Below, piece after piece: positions 27,668 to 37,954 of a DNA stretch of 64,000 nucleotides (its first letter is position 1; each line of letters opens with the position of its first letter). The DNA is from a virus. A program made the position numbers and the translations under genes. The DNA lies in the IMG/VR virus record IMGVR_UViG_3300008952_003529; one strand, written 5' to 3'. The notes under the pieces are model-generated. The model made no database searches. It worked only from the letters and a program-made list of their open reading frames with translations, and was not told the origin of the DNA.

Positions 27668-29617
27668 ATGTTTAATAGTCCCTTTGAAGATACCAGAATT
27701 AAAATTGATCGATCTGCAGATGTAGTGTTTGTTGCAGATCTTTTTGTTGAGAATTATGTTGGTGGAGCAGAACTGACAACCCAGGCTCTTATCGATGCTT
27801 CTGATGACGTAATTGTTCAGAAGCTTCATGCTCAAAATGTTACGCTAGAATTATTAGAAGCTGGAATGGACAAGCATTGGATATTCGGTAATTTTTCTAC
27901 GTTAAATCCCCAACTAATTCCCAGTATTATAGGAAACATTTCATATTCGATTCTAGAGTATGACTATAAATTTTGTCAGCATCGGTCTATTGAAAAACAT
28001 CTTTCAGAGAGAGATGAAGTATGTGACTGTCATAATGAATTACATGGAAAGATGGTGTCTTCATTTTTTCACGGTGCAAAAACGATCTGGTGGATGAGTG
28101 AAGAGCAAGAACGAAGATATCTTTCAAGATTTCCATTTTTAGAAGAGAATGATAGAGTTGTCTTGAGTAGTGTTTTTGATGAAAGCTATTTTGCAGTGGT
28201 CAAGGCGCTTAATGATAAATACAAAGAAGTTGACCGTAAGGGCTGGATTGTATTGGGTGCTGAATCTTGGATCAAGGGTGCATCAGACGCAATTGCTTAT
28301 TGCGAAGAAAATAATCTAGAATATGAAGTGCTATGGAAGAGACCATACGGCGAAGTTTTAGAAAGGCTAGCCACCGCTGAAGGGCTTGTGTATTTGCCAC
28401 GCGGAGGTGATACATGCCCTCGAATGGTAATTGAAGCCAAGATGCTGGGCTGTGAACTAGTTTTAAACCAAGATGTACAACATGCCGATGAAGAGTGGTT
28501 TAAGGCTTCTCCAATAGACATGGTTTCATATTTGTACGCTGCCAGAAATCGATTCTGGGTGTCAATCAAGAGTGTGATGGGATGGACTGCAACTATTAGT
28601 GGGTATACAACAGTTCGAAACGCTAATGATATGGGTTATCCTTGGAAGGCATGTGTAGAATCAATGCTCGGATTTTGTGACGAAGTGATTGTTGTAGATG
28701 GTGGATCAAATGATAATACATGGAAGCAGCTACAGGAATGGAGCAAAAAAGAACAACGTATTAAAGCGCATCAAATTTCTGTCAATCCCGATGACCCAAG
28801 CTTTGCATACGAATCCGATGGAAAATTAAAGGCCAAAGCTAGAGACTTATGTAAGATGCAATATTGCTGGCAGATGGATGCTGATGAAATATTACATGAA
28901 GATGACTATGAACAAGTTCGACAGATAATAAGAAATTTTCCCAAAATGGTTGATATTGTTGCACTTCCCATCATCGAATACTGGGGATCAAAAGAGAAAG
29001 TAAGGGTTGACATCAATCCCTGGAAGTGGAGATTGAGTAGAAATCTTCCTCATATTACACAAGGAATTCCAGCAGAGCTTAGAAAATTTGATGATGACGG
29101 TAATGAGTATGCAGGCTGGGGTACCGACACATGCGACTATATACACAAGGAGTCACGTGAAAGACTTCCAATAGCTTCTTTTTACACTGAGGAAGTAAAC
29201 AAGTTCAGAGCTGCAGCTCTTGAAGGAGATAAAAAAGCTCTAGAAATGTATGAGGGATGGTATAACAGCGTTGTTGAACAACTACCAACAGTCCACCACT
29301 ATTCGTGGTTCGATATATCTGCAAAGATAAAACAATATAGAAAGCACTGGGCAAAATTTTGGAAAAGTCAATATCGATTGGACATAGAAGACACTGCAAA
29401 AAATAATGTAATGTTCAACAAAGCGTGGAGCGACGTAACAGATAATGATATTAACATATTTGCATCTCGATTAGCGACAGAAATGGGAGGATGGATATTT
29501 CACGAACCGGTAAACTTTTCTGCGCCCACTCCACATGTAGTGATAGGTAGAAATCATCCACAGGCTTATCTAGATAACGTTTCGAGCGATAAAGAGGAAG
29601 AAGATGCCAAAAGTTAG
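27668..29617 (+). CDS. Two-domain glycosyltransferase (GT-B-like N-terminus, GT2-like C-terminus)
   Basis: DTCPRMVIEAKMLGC; ISGYTTVRN..., EVIVVDGGSND, WQMDADE. Confidence 0.8.
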   Translation: MFNSPFEDTRIKIDRSADVVFVADLFVENYVGGAELTTQALIDASDDVIVQKLHAQNVTLELLEAGMDKHWIFGNFSTLNPQLIPSIIGNISYSILEYDYKFCQHRSIEKHLSERDEVCDCHNELHGKMVSSFFHGAKTIWWMSEEQERRYLSRFPFLEENDRVVLSSVFDESYFAVVKALNDKYKEVDRKGWIVLGAESWIKGASDAIAYCEENNLEYEVLWKRPYGEVLERLATAEGLVYLPRGGDTCPRMVIEAKMLGCELVLNQDVQHADEEWFKASPIDMVSYLYAARNRFWVSIKSVMGWTATISGYTTVRNANDMGYPWKACVESMLGFCDEVIVVDGGSNDNTWKQLQEWSKKEQRIKAHQISVNPDDPSFAYESDGKLKAKARDLCKMQYCWQMDADEILHEDDYEQVRQIIRNFPKMVDIVALPIIEYWGSKEKVRVDINPWKWRLSRNLPHITQGIPAELRKFDDDGNEYAGWGTDTCDYIHKESRERLPIASFYTEEVNKFRAAALEGDKKALEMYEGWYNSVVEQLPTVHHYSWFDISAKIKQYRKHWAKFWKSQYRLDIEDTAKNNVMFNKAWSDVTDNDINIFASRLATEMGGWIFHEPVNFSAPTPHVVIGRNHPQAYLDNVSSDKEEEDAKS

Positions 29618-30365
29618 TATTGTTCTTCCTTGCTATAATGGTGAAGCGACTATCGAACGAGCTATTAAATCAATTGCTGCGCAAACATATCGCGATTTTG
29701 AGACTGTTTTTGTTGACAACAAATCAGATGACAGAACATTATCGATAATTGAGCGATATAGACAATCCGCGAATATTCGAATCGTAACTTGCGATACAGC
29801 AGGAATCGTTCCAGCGTTGAATACTGGAATATATCATAGCGATTCTTCTTTTGTTGCAAGACAAGATGACGATGACTATTGGTACCCAACGAAATTAGAA
29901 AAACAAATGCTGCATTTTGAAGAAAATCCCGCCACGTCTATTTTGGGTACACGAATTCGTCTTCTTGACGAAGAAGGTAAAGCTCAGGATTTAGGTACGT
30001 ATGGCCGACCAGTGAATTATCCTGTAGACGATCATACGATTCGATATATGCTTATTTTGGGTCAAAATCCGCTGTGTCATCCATCAGTGGTAATGCGTAG
30101 AGAGGTACCCCTTGTCGCTGGTGGATATAGCCAGCATTTTTTCTTGGCAGAAGACATGCATCTTTGGTTAAAGGCATTTCCGTTTTTTAAGTTCGCAAAT
30201 TTACCAGAGGTTTTGCTAGATTACACCCAGACGGTTCGTGAAGACTATGACCCTCGTGTAGTGAAGGATTTAGCAACTTTCTACTATAACCTCTATAAGT
30301 CACAGGGGATAATCGAAGGAGATCGTCCTGCGCTAGTCTATGATTGGGAAAGAGGAGTAAAGTGA
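29604..30365 (+). CDS. GT2 glycosyltransferase
   Basis: VSIVLPCYNGE, VDNKSDD, ARQDDDD, HPSVVMR, AEDMHLW. Confidence 0.92.
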   Translation: MPKVSIVLPCYNGEATIERAIKSIAAQTYRDFETVFVDNKSDDRTLSIIERYRQSANIRIVTCDTAGIVPALNTGIYHSDSSFVARQDDDDYWYPTKLEKQMLHFEENPATSILGTRIRLLDEEGKAQDLGTYGRPVNYPVDDHTIRYMLILGQNPLCHPSVVMRREVPLVAGGYSQHFFLAEDMHLWLKAFPFFKFANLPEVLLDYTQTVREDYDPRVVKDLATFYYNLYKSQGIIEGDRPALVYDWERGVK

Positions 30366-31210
30366 AACCACTATTACAGACCATAATTTTTTCAAAAAAT
30401 CGAGCATTTCAATTACATGCATTGCTGTCTTCTATGAGATTGAAGGTAAAGACCTTGAAGCCGTTCATTCATACGGCAATATTGTGGTCAGCTGATGGTG
30501 CTCATAAGGATCAATATTCCGAATTAATTCAAATGTATCCTGAATTTGAGTGGATTGAAGAGACGTCATTTCGTGATCAAGTAATTCAGAAATTAGATGG
30601 CTCGAAAGCAAAAAGATGCATGTTTCTTGTGGACGATATTATTTTTACAAGAGAAGTAGACTTAGTTGACGCAGTGCAGCTGTGGGATGCTAATGAAGGA
30701 GGAGCATATCGCGTCGCTGTATCATTAAGGTTGGGAATACACTTAACGAGGTGTTATGCACTGGATTGTGAGCAAGTTCACCCAAACACTGGACGCATTG
30801 TCGGGCCCTGGTTCGTCTGGAATTGGAAAGATGCGCACTCAAAGGGAGATTGGAGTTATCCGTTTTCACTAGACGGTCATATCTTCTCTACTGGAAAACT
30901 ACGAAGCTGGATCGATCATTTAGACTTTGGGAACCCCAACGAAATGGAGTCAGAGATGGCTTCAAAGATTCCAATGACATTTAACGTTTCACAAAGTATG
31001 CTTTGTTATGTGCATGCGCCTCTTTTTAATATGCCGCTTAATCGTGTTCAGGACCAATTTAAGAATCGATGTGAAGAAATATCTGTCCAAGAATTATTTG
31101 AACATTTTCATAATGGCGATGAGCTAGATTTAGATCGATATGATAACATTCTCAATACAGGATGTCATTTTCCAATGCCTGTTTATTTGAGAAAGAGGAA
31201 GATAGATTGA
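30362..31210 (+). CDS. GT-A-fold glycosyltransferase-like protein (GTG start at 30362; track start 30344)
   Basis: IIFSKNRAFQL, FLVDDIIF, YPFSLDGH; SD GAGGAG. Confidence 0.65.
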   Translation: MKPLLQTIIFSKNRAFQLHALLSSMRLKVKTLKPFIHTAILWSADGAHKDQYSELIQMYPEFEWIEETSFRDQVIQKLDGSKAKRCMFLVDDIIFTREVDLVDAVQLWDANEGGAYRVAVSLRLGIHLTRCYALDCEQVHPNTGRIVGPWFVWNWKDAHSKGDWSYPFSLDGHIFSTGKLRSWIDHLDFGNPNEMESEMASKIPMTFNVSQSMLCYVHAPLFNMPLNRVQDQFKNRCEEISVQELFEHFHNGDELDLDRYDNILNTGCHFPMPVYLRKRKID

Positions 31211-32034
31211 TGAAAAGAAAAGAATTAAAAATCGGTATACTGTCAGTCGCTACTGGAAAGTATATAGATTTTCTAGAACCACTTTATGAGTCTATAGAGC
31301 ATAGATTTTTAAGCGGTTATAAAAAGACATATTTCGTTTTTACCGATAACCCTAAAGCTGTTCAAACAATCGCTGCAAATGTTGGAGTTGATGCGCTATC
31401 TATCCCTATCGAACGTCAAGGATTTCCTGGCGACACTTTATTACGATATAACTACTTTTCTAGACTCCCGGCAGCCTTAGCAGAAGTAGGTTCCGAACCT
31501 CCTGATGTGCTTTTTTATTTAGACGCTGACATGTTAGTCTTTTTCCCCGTCGGACCTGAAGTGCTTCCAGTCCCACCGCACTCTGAGCTTGTGGCTACTT
31601 CACATCCCGGATATTACAACCACAGAACACCTACTCATCCGCTGGGTGATCCAGATCAAAATCCCAAAAGTAGAGCCTATATTCGATCATACGAAGCTGG
31701 TGGCGATCATCGTCGTCGAAAAAGAATATGCTATCTTGCAGGTGGATTTAACGGTGGTACCTATTCAGCTTTCATGAAGATGTGTGAAGTTTTATCTAAA
31801 CAAATTGCAGATGACTTAGCAGATGGTGTGATGGCAAGATGGCATGATGAGTCGCATTTGAATGAGTACTGTAGCAGATATTACATTTTTGAGCGCTTGA
31901 AAATTTTGACACCCGAGTACTGTTTTGATCAAAAAGATATGGAGATAGATGGTAACGATATTCGAATCAAGGGAGTACAGTACGCTCCACGAATAGTTGC
32001 ACTAGATAAAGACCATAACAAGGTTAGGAGCTGA
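31210..32034 (+). CDS. GT6 (ABO-like alpha-1,3-Gal/GalNAc transferase) family
   Basis: ATGKY..F, YFVFTD, YLDADM, YLAGGFNGG, WHDESHLN, LTPEY, ALDKDH; track start 31162. Confidence 0.9.
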   Translation: MKRKELKIGILSVATGKYIDFLEPLYESIEHRFLSGYKKTYFVFTDNPKAVQTIAANVGVDALSIPIERQGFPGDTLLRYNYFSRLPAALAEVGSEPPDVLFYLDADMLVFFPVGPEVLPVPPHSELVATSHPGYYNHRTPTHPLGDPDQNPKSRAYIRSYEAGGDHRRRKRICYLAGGFNGGTYSAFMKMCEVLSKQIADDLADGVMARWHDESHLNEYCSRYYIFERLKILTPEYCFDQKDMEIDGNDIRIKGVQYAPRIVALDKDHNKVRS

Positions 32035-32038
32035 CATA

Positions 32039-32887
32039 ATGACAAATATACCAAGGGTTTCTGTTTTAATACCCCTGCATAACTGCGAAAAAACTGTATT
32101 TCGTGCGATCGACTCTGTTCTGCAACAAACATATACTGACTTTGAGGTGGTATGTGTACTAAATAATTGCTCTGATGCAACGGAAGATATACTACGAGAT
32201 ATCCAAGATGAGCGCATAAAGATCGTTTATCAAAATAAGTTGAAAGGAATTACGCCAACATTAAATCATGGATTTAGACATTGCCTCGGCGAATTTATCG
32301 CGCGCCAAGACGGTGATGATTATTGGTATCCAGAAAAGTTAAAAAAGCAAATGGATTATTTCGAGAGTAATCCAGAAGTTGATATTCTTGGAACACAAAT
32401 TCGAATGGTGACGTCCGATGGTCAAGATTTTGTAAACAGAGATGCTGGATATGCTACGTCACAAAACAAATTGGTTACTTGGGATGCGGGAAATCCTGAG
32501 ACAGATCAAGAAATTCGAGGGTTACTTTTGGAGGGTGACAATGTAATTGCTCATCCCAGCGTGGTTATGAGGGCAGTTGTATTAGACTGTGTTGGGGGTT
32601 ATGATCCACTATACATAAGGGCGGAAGATTTGCACTTGTGGATGAAGGCATTACCCTTCTTTACATTCGCAAATTTGCAAGAGGTTCTAGTTGACTATAC
32701 GGTAAAGGAATCATCGAAAGAAGATTGGATGTGGGGTCAGGACTGGAAAATGGCTGAATGCTTAAAGCCCTTTATTCTGATATTAGAAGAGGAAGATTTA
32801 CGTGCTGGTAAGTCACGGCGAGAATTTCTAAAATCTGTGGGAGCCAATCCACCAACACCTGTCCCTCCCCACAAGCCACTAAAGTAA
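32039..32887 (+). CDS. GT2 glycosyltransferase (paralogue of 29604)
   Basis: VSVLIPLHN, ARQDGDDYWYP.KL.KQM, HPSVVMR. Confidence 0.9.
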   Translation: MTNIPRVSVLIPLHNCEKTVFRAIDSVLQQTYTDFEVVCVLNNCSDATEDILRDIQDERIKIVYQNKLKGITPTLNHGFRHCLGEFIARQDGDDYWYPEKLKKQMDYFESNPEVDILGTQIRMVTSDGQDFVNRDAGYATSQNKLVTWDAGNPETDQEIRGLLLEGDNVIAHPSVVMRAVVLDCVGGYDPLYIRAEDLHLWMKALPFFTFANLQEVLVDYTVKESSKEDWMWGQDWKMAECLKPFILILEEEDLRAGKSRREFLKSVGANPPTPVPPHKPLK

Positions 32888-32900
32888 CTTTGGAGAAAAA

Positions 32901-33611
32901 ATGTTCACTATTCTTCTACCAGTTTTTAATGGTGAGCGCTGGATTATTGAGGCGATACAAAACTTAAAAGACCAGGTTTATACGGATTTTGAAGTCATTA
33001 TAGTATGCAACGGTTGCACAGATCGATCCGCTAGTTTTGCATCAAGTCAGATAGCAGAAGATAAAAGGTTTAGATTAGTAGACACAAAATTTGCGAATAA
33101 ATCATCCGCACTAAATATTGGGGTAATGATGGCGTCACGAGAGTGGATAGCAATATATGATGTTGATGACCGCTGGCATATAGAAAAACTAGATTATCAA
33201 GCCAGAGAGATATTATCTTCTTCTTCCTTGGAAGTTTTGGGAACACAAATGTTTTATCTGACAGAAGATAATGAAGTACAACCTGAGGGTCCCCTTTTGC
33301 CGCTGTCTCATGAAGATATAATGAGCTATTTGCTGGAAAGAAAAAGCAATCCATTTTGCAATAGCAGTATTACGTATCGAAGAGATTTGCATTTCACTAG
33401 AGTGGGATTTTATGATCCGCAATGTGCTGTAGAAGATTATGACTTTTGGATTCGATGCGCACTTGCTGGTGCTCATTTTAAAAATTTGGCCGGTGTTTTA
33501 GCATTTCATAGGCTTCATTCTGGATCACATTTTAACGGATCAAATAAGCAACGCAACGATAAAATTTTTTTAGATAGTATGATGGAGCATAGAAGAAAGG
33601 GAGCCGAGTAA
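32901..33611 (+). CDS. GT2 glycosyltransferase
   Basis: ILLPVFNGE, IYDVDD, VEDYDFW. Confidence 0.9.
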   Translation: MFTILLPVFNGERWIIEAIQNLKDQVYTDFEVIIVCNGCTDRSASFASSQIAEDKRFRLVDTKFANKSSALNIGVMMASREWIAIYDVDDRWHIEKLDYQAREILSSSSLEVLGTQMFYLTEDNEVQPEGPLLPLSHEDIMSYLLERKSNPFCNSSITYRRDLHFTRVGFYDPQCAVEDYDFWIRCALAGAHFKNLAGVLAFHRLHSGSHFNGSNKQRNDKIFLDSMMEHRRKGAE

Positions 33612-33616
33612 TTGAT

Positions 33617-34474
33617 ATGGTAGAAGAATTTTGTAAAAAATATGGTGTCTCAAAAGACGATGTGGTTTGGATAGATTTACAAGACACAGACTTATCAAAG
33701 CTTAAAGCTCTTAGTGAGAGCTTAATAGCGGTCAAATATGTTAGGATAACAAAGCCATCGATTAATCAAGAATTGCTTAATGACATAAACAATCATTTGA
33801 CAAATTATTTTTGTTTCCGACGGGTTGACGGTCCAAATGATCAAGACATCGTTTACGAAAATAAATTTCATACTGATCCGGTTTGGCCTGGGATTGATGT
33901 TTCTGGATATGAGAACACTTACATAAGAGGAAAACCGAAAGAATATTTACTCCACACAATAAGCCTGTTTAAGCAATTTACAAAGGCTCGTACAATTCTT
34001 GAAATCGGATCCGTACGAGCCGTGATGGAGCATACTATTGACGAATTTAATCCCGCATGTTGCAACGATGGTCATTCTACATATTTTTGGAGTCATTATA
34101 CAGGTGCTGAAGTACACACCGTTGACAACCATCCCCATAGAAAGAGAAATATTATGGATGTTGATGCTAGACTTTCAAGCGTCTTTGCGCACACTGCCGA
34201 TGGCATAGAATTTATAAAGAATTTTGACCAAGAGATCGATTTGCTCTTTTTGGATGCATGGGATGTGATACCCGATACACCATACGCCGAAAGACATTTA
34301 GAAGCTTATATCGCTTCGAAACAAAAATTAGCAGCAAGCTGCTTAGTGCTTATCGACGATACAGACGTCGGTGGCGGCGGTAAGGGTAGACTAGTCATTC
34401 CAGAACTTAAGAAAGATGGGTTTCAATGCATAGCGAATAGAAGACAAACAATCTTTTTGAGGACAGCGCAGTGA
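33617..34474 (+). CDS. Class I SAM methyltransferase with N-terminal extension
   Basis: ILEIGS, IDLLFLDAWD, LVLIDDT, GKG. Confidence 0.75.
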   Translation: MVEEFCKKYGVSKDDVVWIDLQDTDLSKLKALSESLIAVKYVRITKPSINQELLNDINNHLTNYFCFRRVDGPNDQDIVYENKFHTDPVWPGIDVSGYENTYIRGKPKEYLLHTISLFKQFTKARTILEIGSVRAVMEHTIDEFNPACCNDGHSTYFWSHYTGAEVHTVDNHPHRKRNIMDVDARLSSVFAHTADGIEFIKNFDQEIDLLFLDAWDVIPDTPYAERHLEAYIASKQKLAASCLVLIDDTDVGGGGKGRLVIPELKKDGFQCIANRRQTIFLRTAQ

Positions 34475-35394
34475 CACGTATAGTATTGATAAACACACCA
34501 ACTCTTCCTTGTCCAGATACACATTATTTACATGTTAAGAAATTTCTAAAAGGGTTTGTTCAAAACGGCTTTCCGCTTATTGAGGTTAATAATAAAAGAG
34601 AAATTGATGCCTTAACTCATGACGACATTGTATACATCTCCAATCATGGGTTCGAACCATGGGCTGGTGTAAGTCGCGAAGATCTACCAATACAAAATGC
34701 TTTAAAGCAAATGGAGCTTCTGGAGAAGAAATGTCATTATGCGATATTGTGGCATTTTCATCAAGCGTTGTTCAGATTTTTTTATGAGCCGCAATTTAAG
34801 AACGTTATTTTAACCGGCCACTGGCGTGGGTCATGGGCTGATGAAGAATATTTCGATTTTTCATTTACACCGTATAGTCAATTGGAGAATTTTGTTCCTA
34901 TGAGATTTGCTACTGACCTTCATCCCTCTGAAATTGAGGATCCGCTTGACAAGGTTTATGACGCATGCTTTATTGGGACTCCATATAAGATACCGTGGAT
35001 TCAAGAAATTGCCGGTCGCCACAATGTATATGCTCATTTTGGTAAACCGTGGTTACCAGAAGCAGATAGGCTTCGTGTTCTAAGAACTTCTACAATTGGT
35101 CTGGGCTTTGGTGCCGACCAGAATGTGAAGGAGGGTGTAATGACTGAAAGAGTTATTGAAAGCATTGCTCATGGGTGTGTTGTGATAAGTGATTGCGCCA
35201 CTGCACCAGAAAGAACCGGTGGCGCAGCAATTTATGTCGAAAGCAAGCAACACGCTCTTGAAGAAGTAAAACGGATTTTACATTCACCTGAGTTCGCTAG
35301 AGAAAAAATGCACCTCGGCCTTGAGTTTGTTAGAAATGAGGGCACCTATTTTCATCTTGCAAAAGATATGCTTGATGCACTGAATATCACATAA
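34471..35394 (+). CDS. GT-B glycosyltransferase (CgeB/YkvP-like)
   Basis: YDACFIG, IGLGF.A..N, ERVIESIAHGCVVISD. Confidence 0.7.
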   Translation: MTRIVLINTPTLPCPDTHYLHVKKFLKGFVQNGFPLIEVNNKREIDALTHDDIVYISNHGFEPWAGVSREDLPIQNALKQMELLEKKCHYAILWHFHQALFRFFYEPQFKNVILTGHWRGSWADEEYFDFSFTPYSQLENFVPMRFATDLHPSEIEDPLDKVYDACFIGTPYKIPWIQEIAGRHNVYAHFGKPWLPEADRLRVLRTSTIGLGFGADQNVKEGVMTERVIESIAHGCVVISDCATAPERTGGAAIYVESKQHALEEVKRILHSPEFAREKMHLGLEFVRNEGTYFHLAKDMLDALNIT

Positions 35395-35458
35395 GCGAAC
35401 TTGTACAGCTGCTATATTTTAAATAAAATGTTTAGAACATGTTATTCTGGGTTTAGTA

Positions 35459-36229
35459 ATGCAAGAAATCATATTGGGGTCTCCTTATGGCGGGCTAGGA
35501 GACAATATTCAACTTTCTACGCTACCAGAGCTGTACGCTAAAGCGGGACATGATGTCTATATTTGCAGTGAAGCTTATTTTCGTAATCCCGAAATAAAAG
35601 AGCTCATTTGGGAATGTAATCCTTTTGTGAGGGGTACAAAGTCAGGTATTTGTAATGCTGGAGACACCCCCGGCCGCCACCGTCCAGTGCACCCAAATCC
35701 CATATCTAATTGGGAGATTCTTCATGGGTTTTCACCAACAAACACGATACCAAAGATTTATTATACTCCACAAAAGATCGATATATTCCAAGATGTATTT
35801 CTTGTGGATTTTTCTTCAATATCAGCAGTTTTTAGTACGAGAGTTGTGGAAGAAGCTTATTTGATGATTAAAGAAAAGTACCCTGACAAAACTTTTCGAC
35901 GTGTCCGATTTCAACAAAACTTAAATCCTGTCAACGAAAAAGCACAATGGCAAAATGGCGTCTTTAGAGAATTAAACATCAGCGTAGGCAATGACGTAGT
36001 TGTAAATAACATCTTTGAGTATTGTGATATAATATGCTCATCTTTTGGATTCTTATCAATCTATAGTGGCGCCAGCCATCTAAGTTCTGCACTGAAAGAG
36101 TATAATCGAGAGTTGATTAGCTTATGTGTAGTAAGACAGGAGCACTATGAACATAATCGACGTAATTCGCTTCATTTATACGATAATATTGAATATATTC
36201 TTGTCTCATCCGATGGACTAGGGTTTTAA
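35459..36229 (+). CDS. Glycosyltransferase-like protein with N-terminal GGLGD motif
   Basis: YGGLGDNIQLSTLP; SIYSGASHLSSAL resembles GT9-type C-termini; family uncertain. Confidence 0.5.
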   Translation: MQEIILGSPYGGLGDNIQLSTLPELYAKAGHDVYICSEAYFRNPEIKELIWECNPFVRGTKSGICNAGDTPGRHRPVHPNPISNWEILHGFSPTNTIPKIYYTPQKIDIFQDVFLVDFSSISAVFSTRVVEEAYLMIKEKYPDKTFRRVRFQQNLNPVNEKAQWQNGVFRELNISVGNDVVVNNIFEYCDIICSSFGFLSIYSGASHLSSALKEYNRELISLCVVRQEHYEHNRRNSLHLYDNIEYILVSSDGLGF

Positions 36230-36232
36230 TAT

Positions 36233-36631
36233 ATGAACGTTGATAGTCAAAAAAGGATATTCACTAACGGTTGTTTCGATGTTTTACATCGAGGTCATAT
36301 TGAGCTTTTAAAATATTGTAAAACTTTGGGGTATGTGATTGTGGGATTGAATAGTGATAAAAGCGTTAAGAGGCTAAAGGGTGACAATAGGCCATTCTTC
36401 TCTCAAGATGATAGAAAATTTATACTAGAGTCTTGTCGGTTCGTGGATGAGGTACGTATCTTTGAGGATGACACACCGCTCAGAATGATAAAAGCCTTGA
36501 GGCCAGATATGATTGTGAAAGGTGCAGATTATATGCCCCAAGAAGTGGCTGGTCATGAAATTTGTGAAGTTAGAATATTCCAAATTTTAGATGGATATTC
36601 CACAACAAATATTTTGGAAAAAATACAATGA
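36233..36631 (+). CDS. hldC: Heptose-1-phosphate nucleotidyltransferase (HldC / RfaE domain II)
   Basis: FTNGCFDVLHRGH, GLNSD.SV.RLKG..RP, VKGADY, GYSTT. Confidence 0.9.
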   Translation: MNVDSQKRIFTNGCFDVLHRGHIELLKYCKTLGYVIVGLNSDKSVKRLKGDNRPFFSQDDRKFILESCRFVDEVRIFEDDTPLRMIKALRPDMIVKGADYMPQEVAGHEICEVRIFQILDGYSTTNILEKIQ

Positions 36632-36948
36632 TATATGTGTTCGATATAGACGGCACCATTTGTGAAAATTCTAATAGCGAATATCAAAATTCTATACCGA
36701 AATTAAATCGTATTGAAAGAGTAAATAAGCTTTATGATGAAGGACACACAATAATATTTCAAACTGCAAGGGGAATGGGTCGAAGTGGGAACTCCTCAGC
36801 GTATGCTTACAAAGCATTTTATGAATTTACTAAAAACCAACTTGATTCTTGGGGAGTGAAGTATCACTCATTGTTCTTAGGAAAGCCAGCAGGAGACACA
36901 TACATCGATGATAAGGGAATTAGAGATGAAGACTTCTTTACCGATTAA
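36628..36948 (+). CDS. Small HAD phosphatase (capsule-biosynthesis-phosphatase-like)
   Basis: FDIDGTIC, TARG, GKPAGDTYIDDK. Confidence 0.85.
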   Translation: MIYVFDIDGTICENSNSEYQNSIPKLNRIERVNKLYDEGHTIIFQTARGMGRSGNSSAYAYKAFYEFTKNQLDSWGVKYHSLFLGKPAGDTYIDDKGIRDEDFFTD

Positions 36949-37285
36949 ATTCGTTCCGAAGGGATGGGGATTTGAGAAGTGGATTGTTAATTGCGAAGAG
37001 TATTGCGGAAAACTTCTTTATTTTGTGAAGGGTAAACGCTGTTCATGGCACTATCATAAACTGAAAGATGAGGTGTTCTATGTGCAATCTGGAAAGATTT
37101 TGGTAAAATACTCAGAGGAAGATGATATCGAAAATGTTGGGGTAATAACACTCGGCCCAGGAGATAACTTCCATGTTTATCGTGGGCTTAGACATCAGAT
37201 GATCGCTCTTGAAGATACTGAGCTTTTTGAATTCTCAACGCAACATTTCGATGAGGATAGTCATAGGCTTCAAAAGGGAGACTAA
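36926..37285 (+). CDS. Cupin-fold protein, probable sugar isomerase
   Basis: PKGWG.E.W, SWHYHKLKDEVF, HQM; track start 36908. Confidence 0.8.
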   Translation: MKTSLPIKFVPKGWGFEKWIVNCEEYCGKLLYFVKGKRCSWHYHKLKDEVFYVQSGKILVKYSEEDDIENVGVITLGPGDNFHVYRGLRHQMIALEDTELFEFSTQHFDEDSHRLQKGD

Positions 37286-37288
37286 TAT

Positions 37289-37945
37289 ATGCGCACAAAG
37301 AGAGTACTTATAACAGGATCTTCACGAGGTCTTGGAAAGCATTTAGCGACCCAATTTGAGATGGCTGGATGTGGCGTTTTTAGACACGCAAGGATGGATG
37401 ATTCAGGATACGATATTACTGGAGACATCACAAGTGACAATTTTTATGATTTGTTAGAAAGTTTTATCAGAGATAATCACATTAGTATCTTTGTAAATAA
37501 TGCAGCGATCCATGAGCCGAAAGCATTTTTAGAGTATAGCGAAAATGATATTCGTATTGTGTTGGTAACAAATCTAGTTTCTCAAATTCTTATGATACAA
37601 CGAGTGTATAAAGTCTTTAAAGAACGAGGTTCCGGAATAGTCGTTAACATTAATTCTTTGGCAGGCCGGAATCCATCATCAAATGAAACAATTTATTGTG
37701 CAAGCAAATACGGTCTTCGTGGATTTTCCGAATCACTCCAGATTGAATCTATTGGTAAGAACATAAAGATTTTAGATTTTTATCCTGGCGCAATGAAAAC
37801 AGACATGTGCAAAAATAGAGAAAATTATGATAGCTTAATGGATCCCCATGAGGTGGCTGAAATAATATGCGACACCGTTTTACGTAATGATACCACTATT
37901 TTACCCACTGAGACAATTATAAGAAAATTTTTATCAAAGGACTAA
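37289..37945 (+). CDS. SDR oxidoreductase
   Basis: TGSSRGLG, NNAA, NINS, YCASK. Confidence 0.9.
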   Translation: MRTKRVLITGSSRGLGKHLATQFEMAGCGVFRHARMDDSGYDITGDITSDNFYDLLESFIRDNHISIFVNNAAIHEPKAFLEYSENDIRIVLVTNLVSQILMIQRVYKVFKERGSGIVVNINSLAGRNPSSNETIYCASKYGLRGFSESLQIESIGKNIKILDFYPGAMKTDMCKNRENYDSLMDPHEVAEIICDTVLRNDTTILPTETIIRKFLSKD

Positions 37946-37954
37946 AGCAAGATT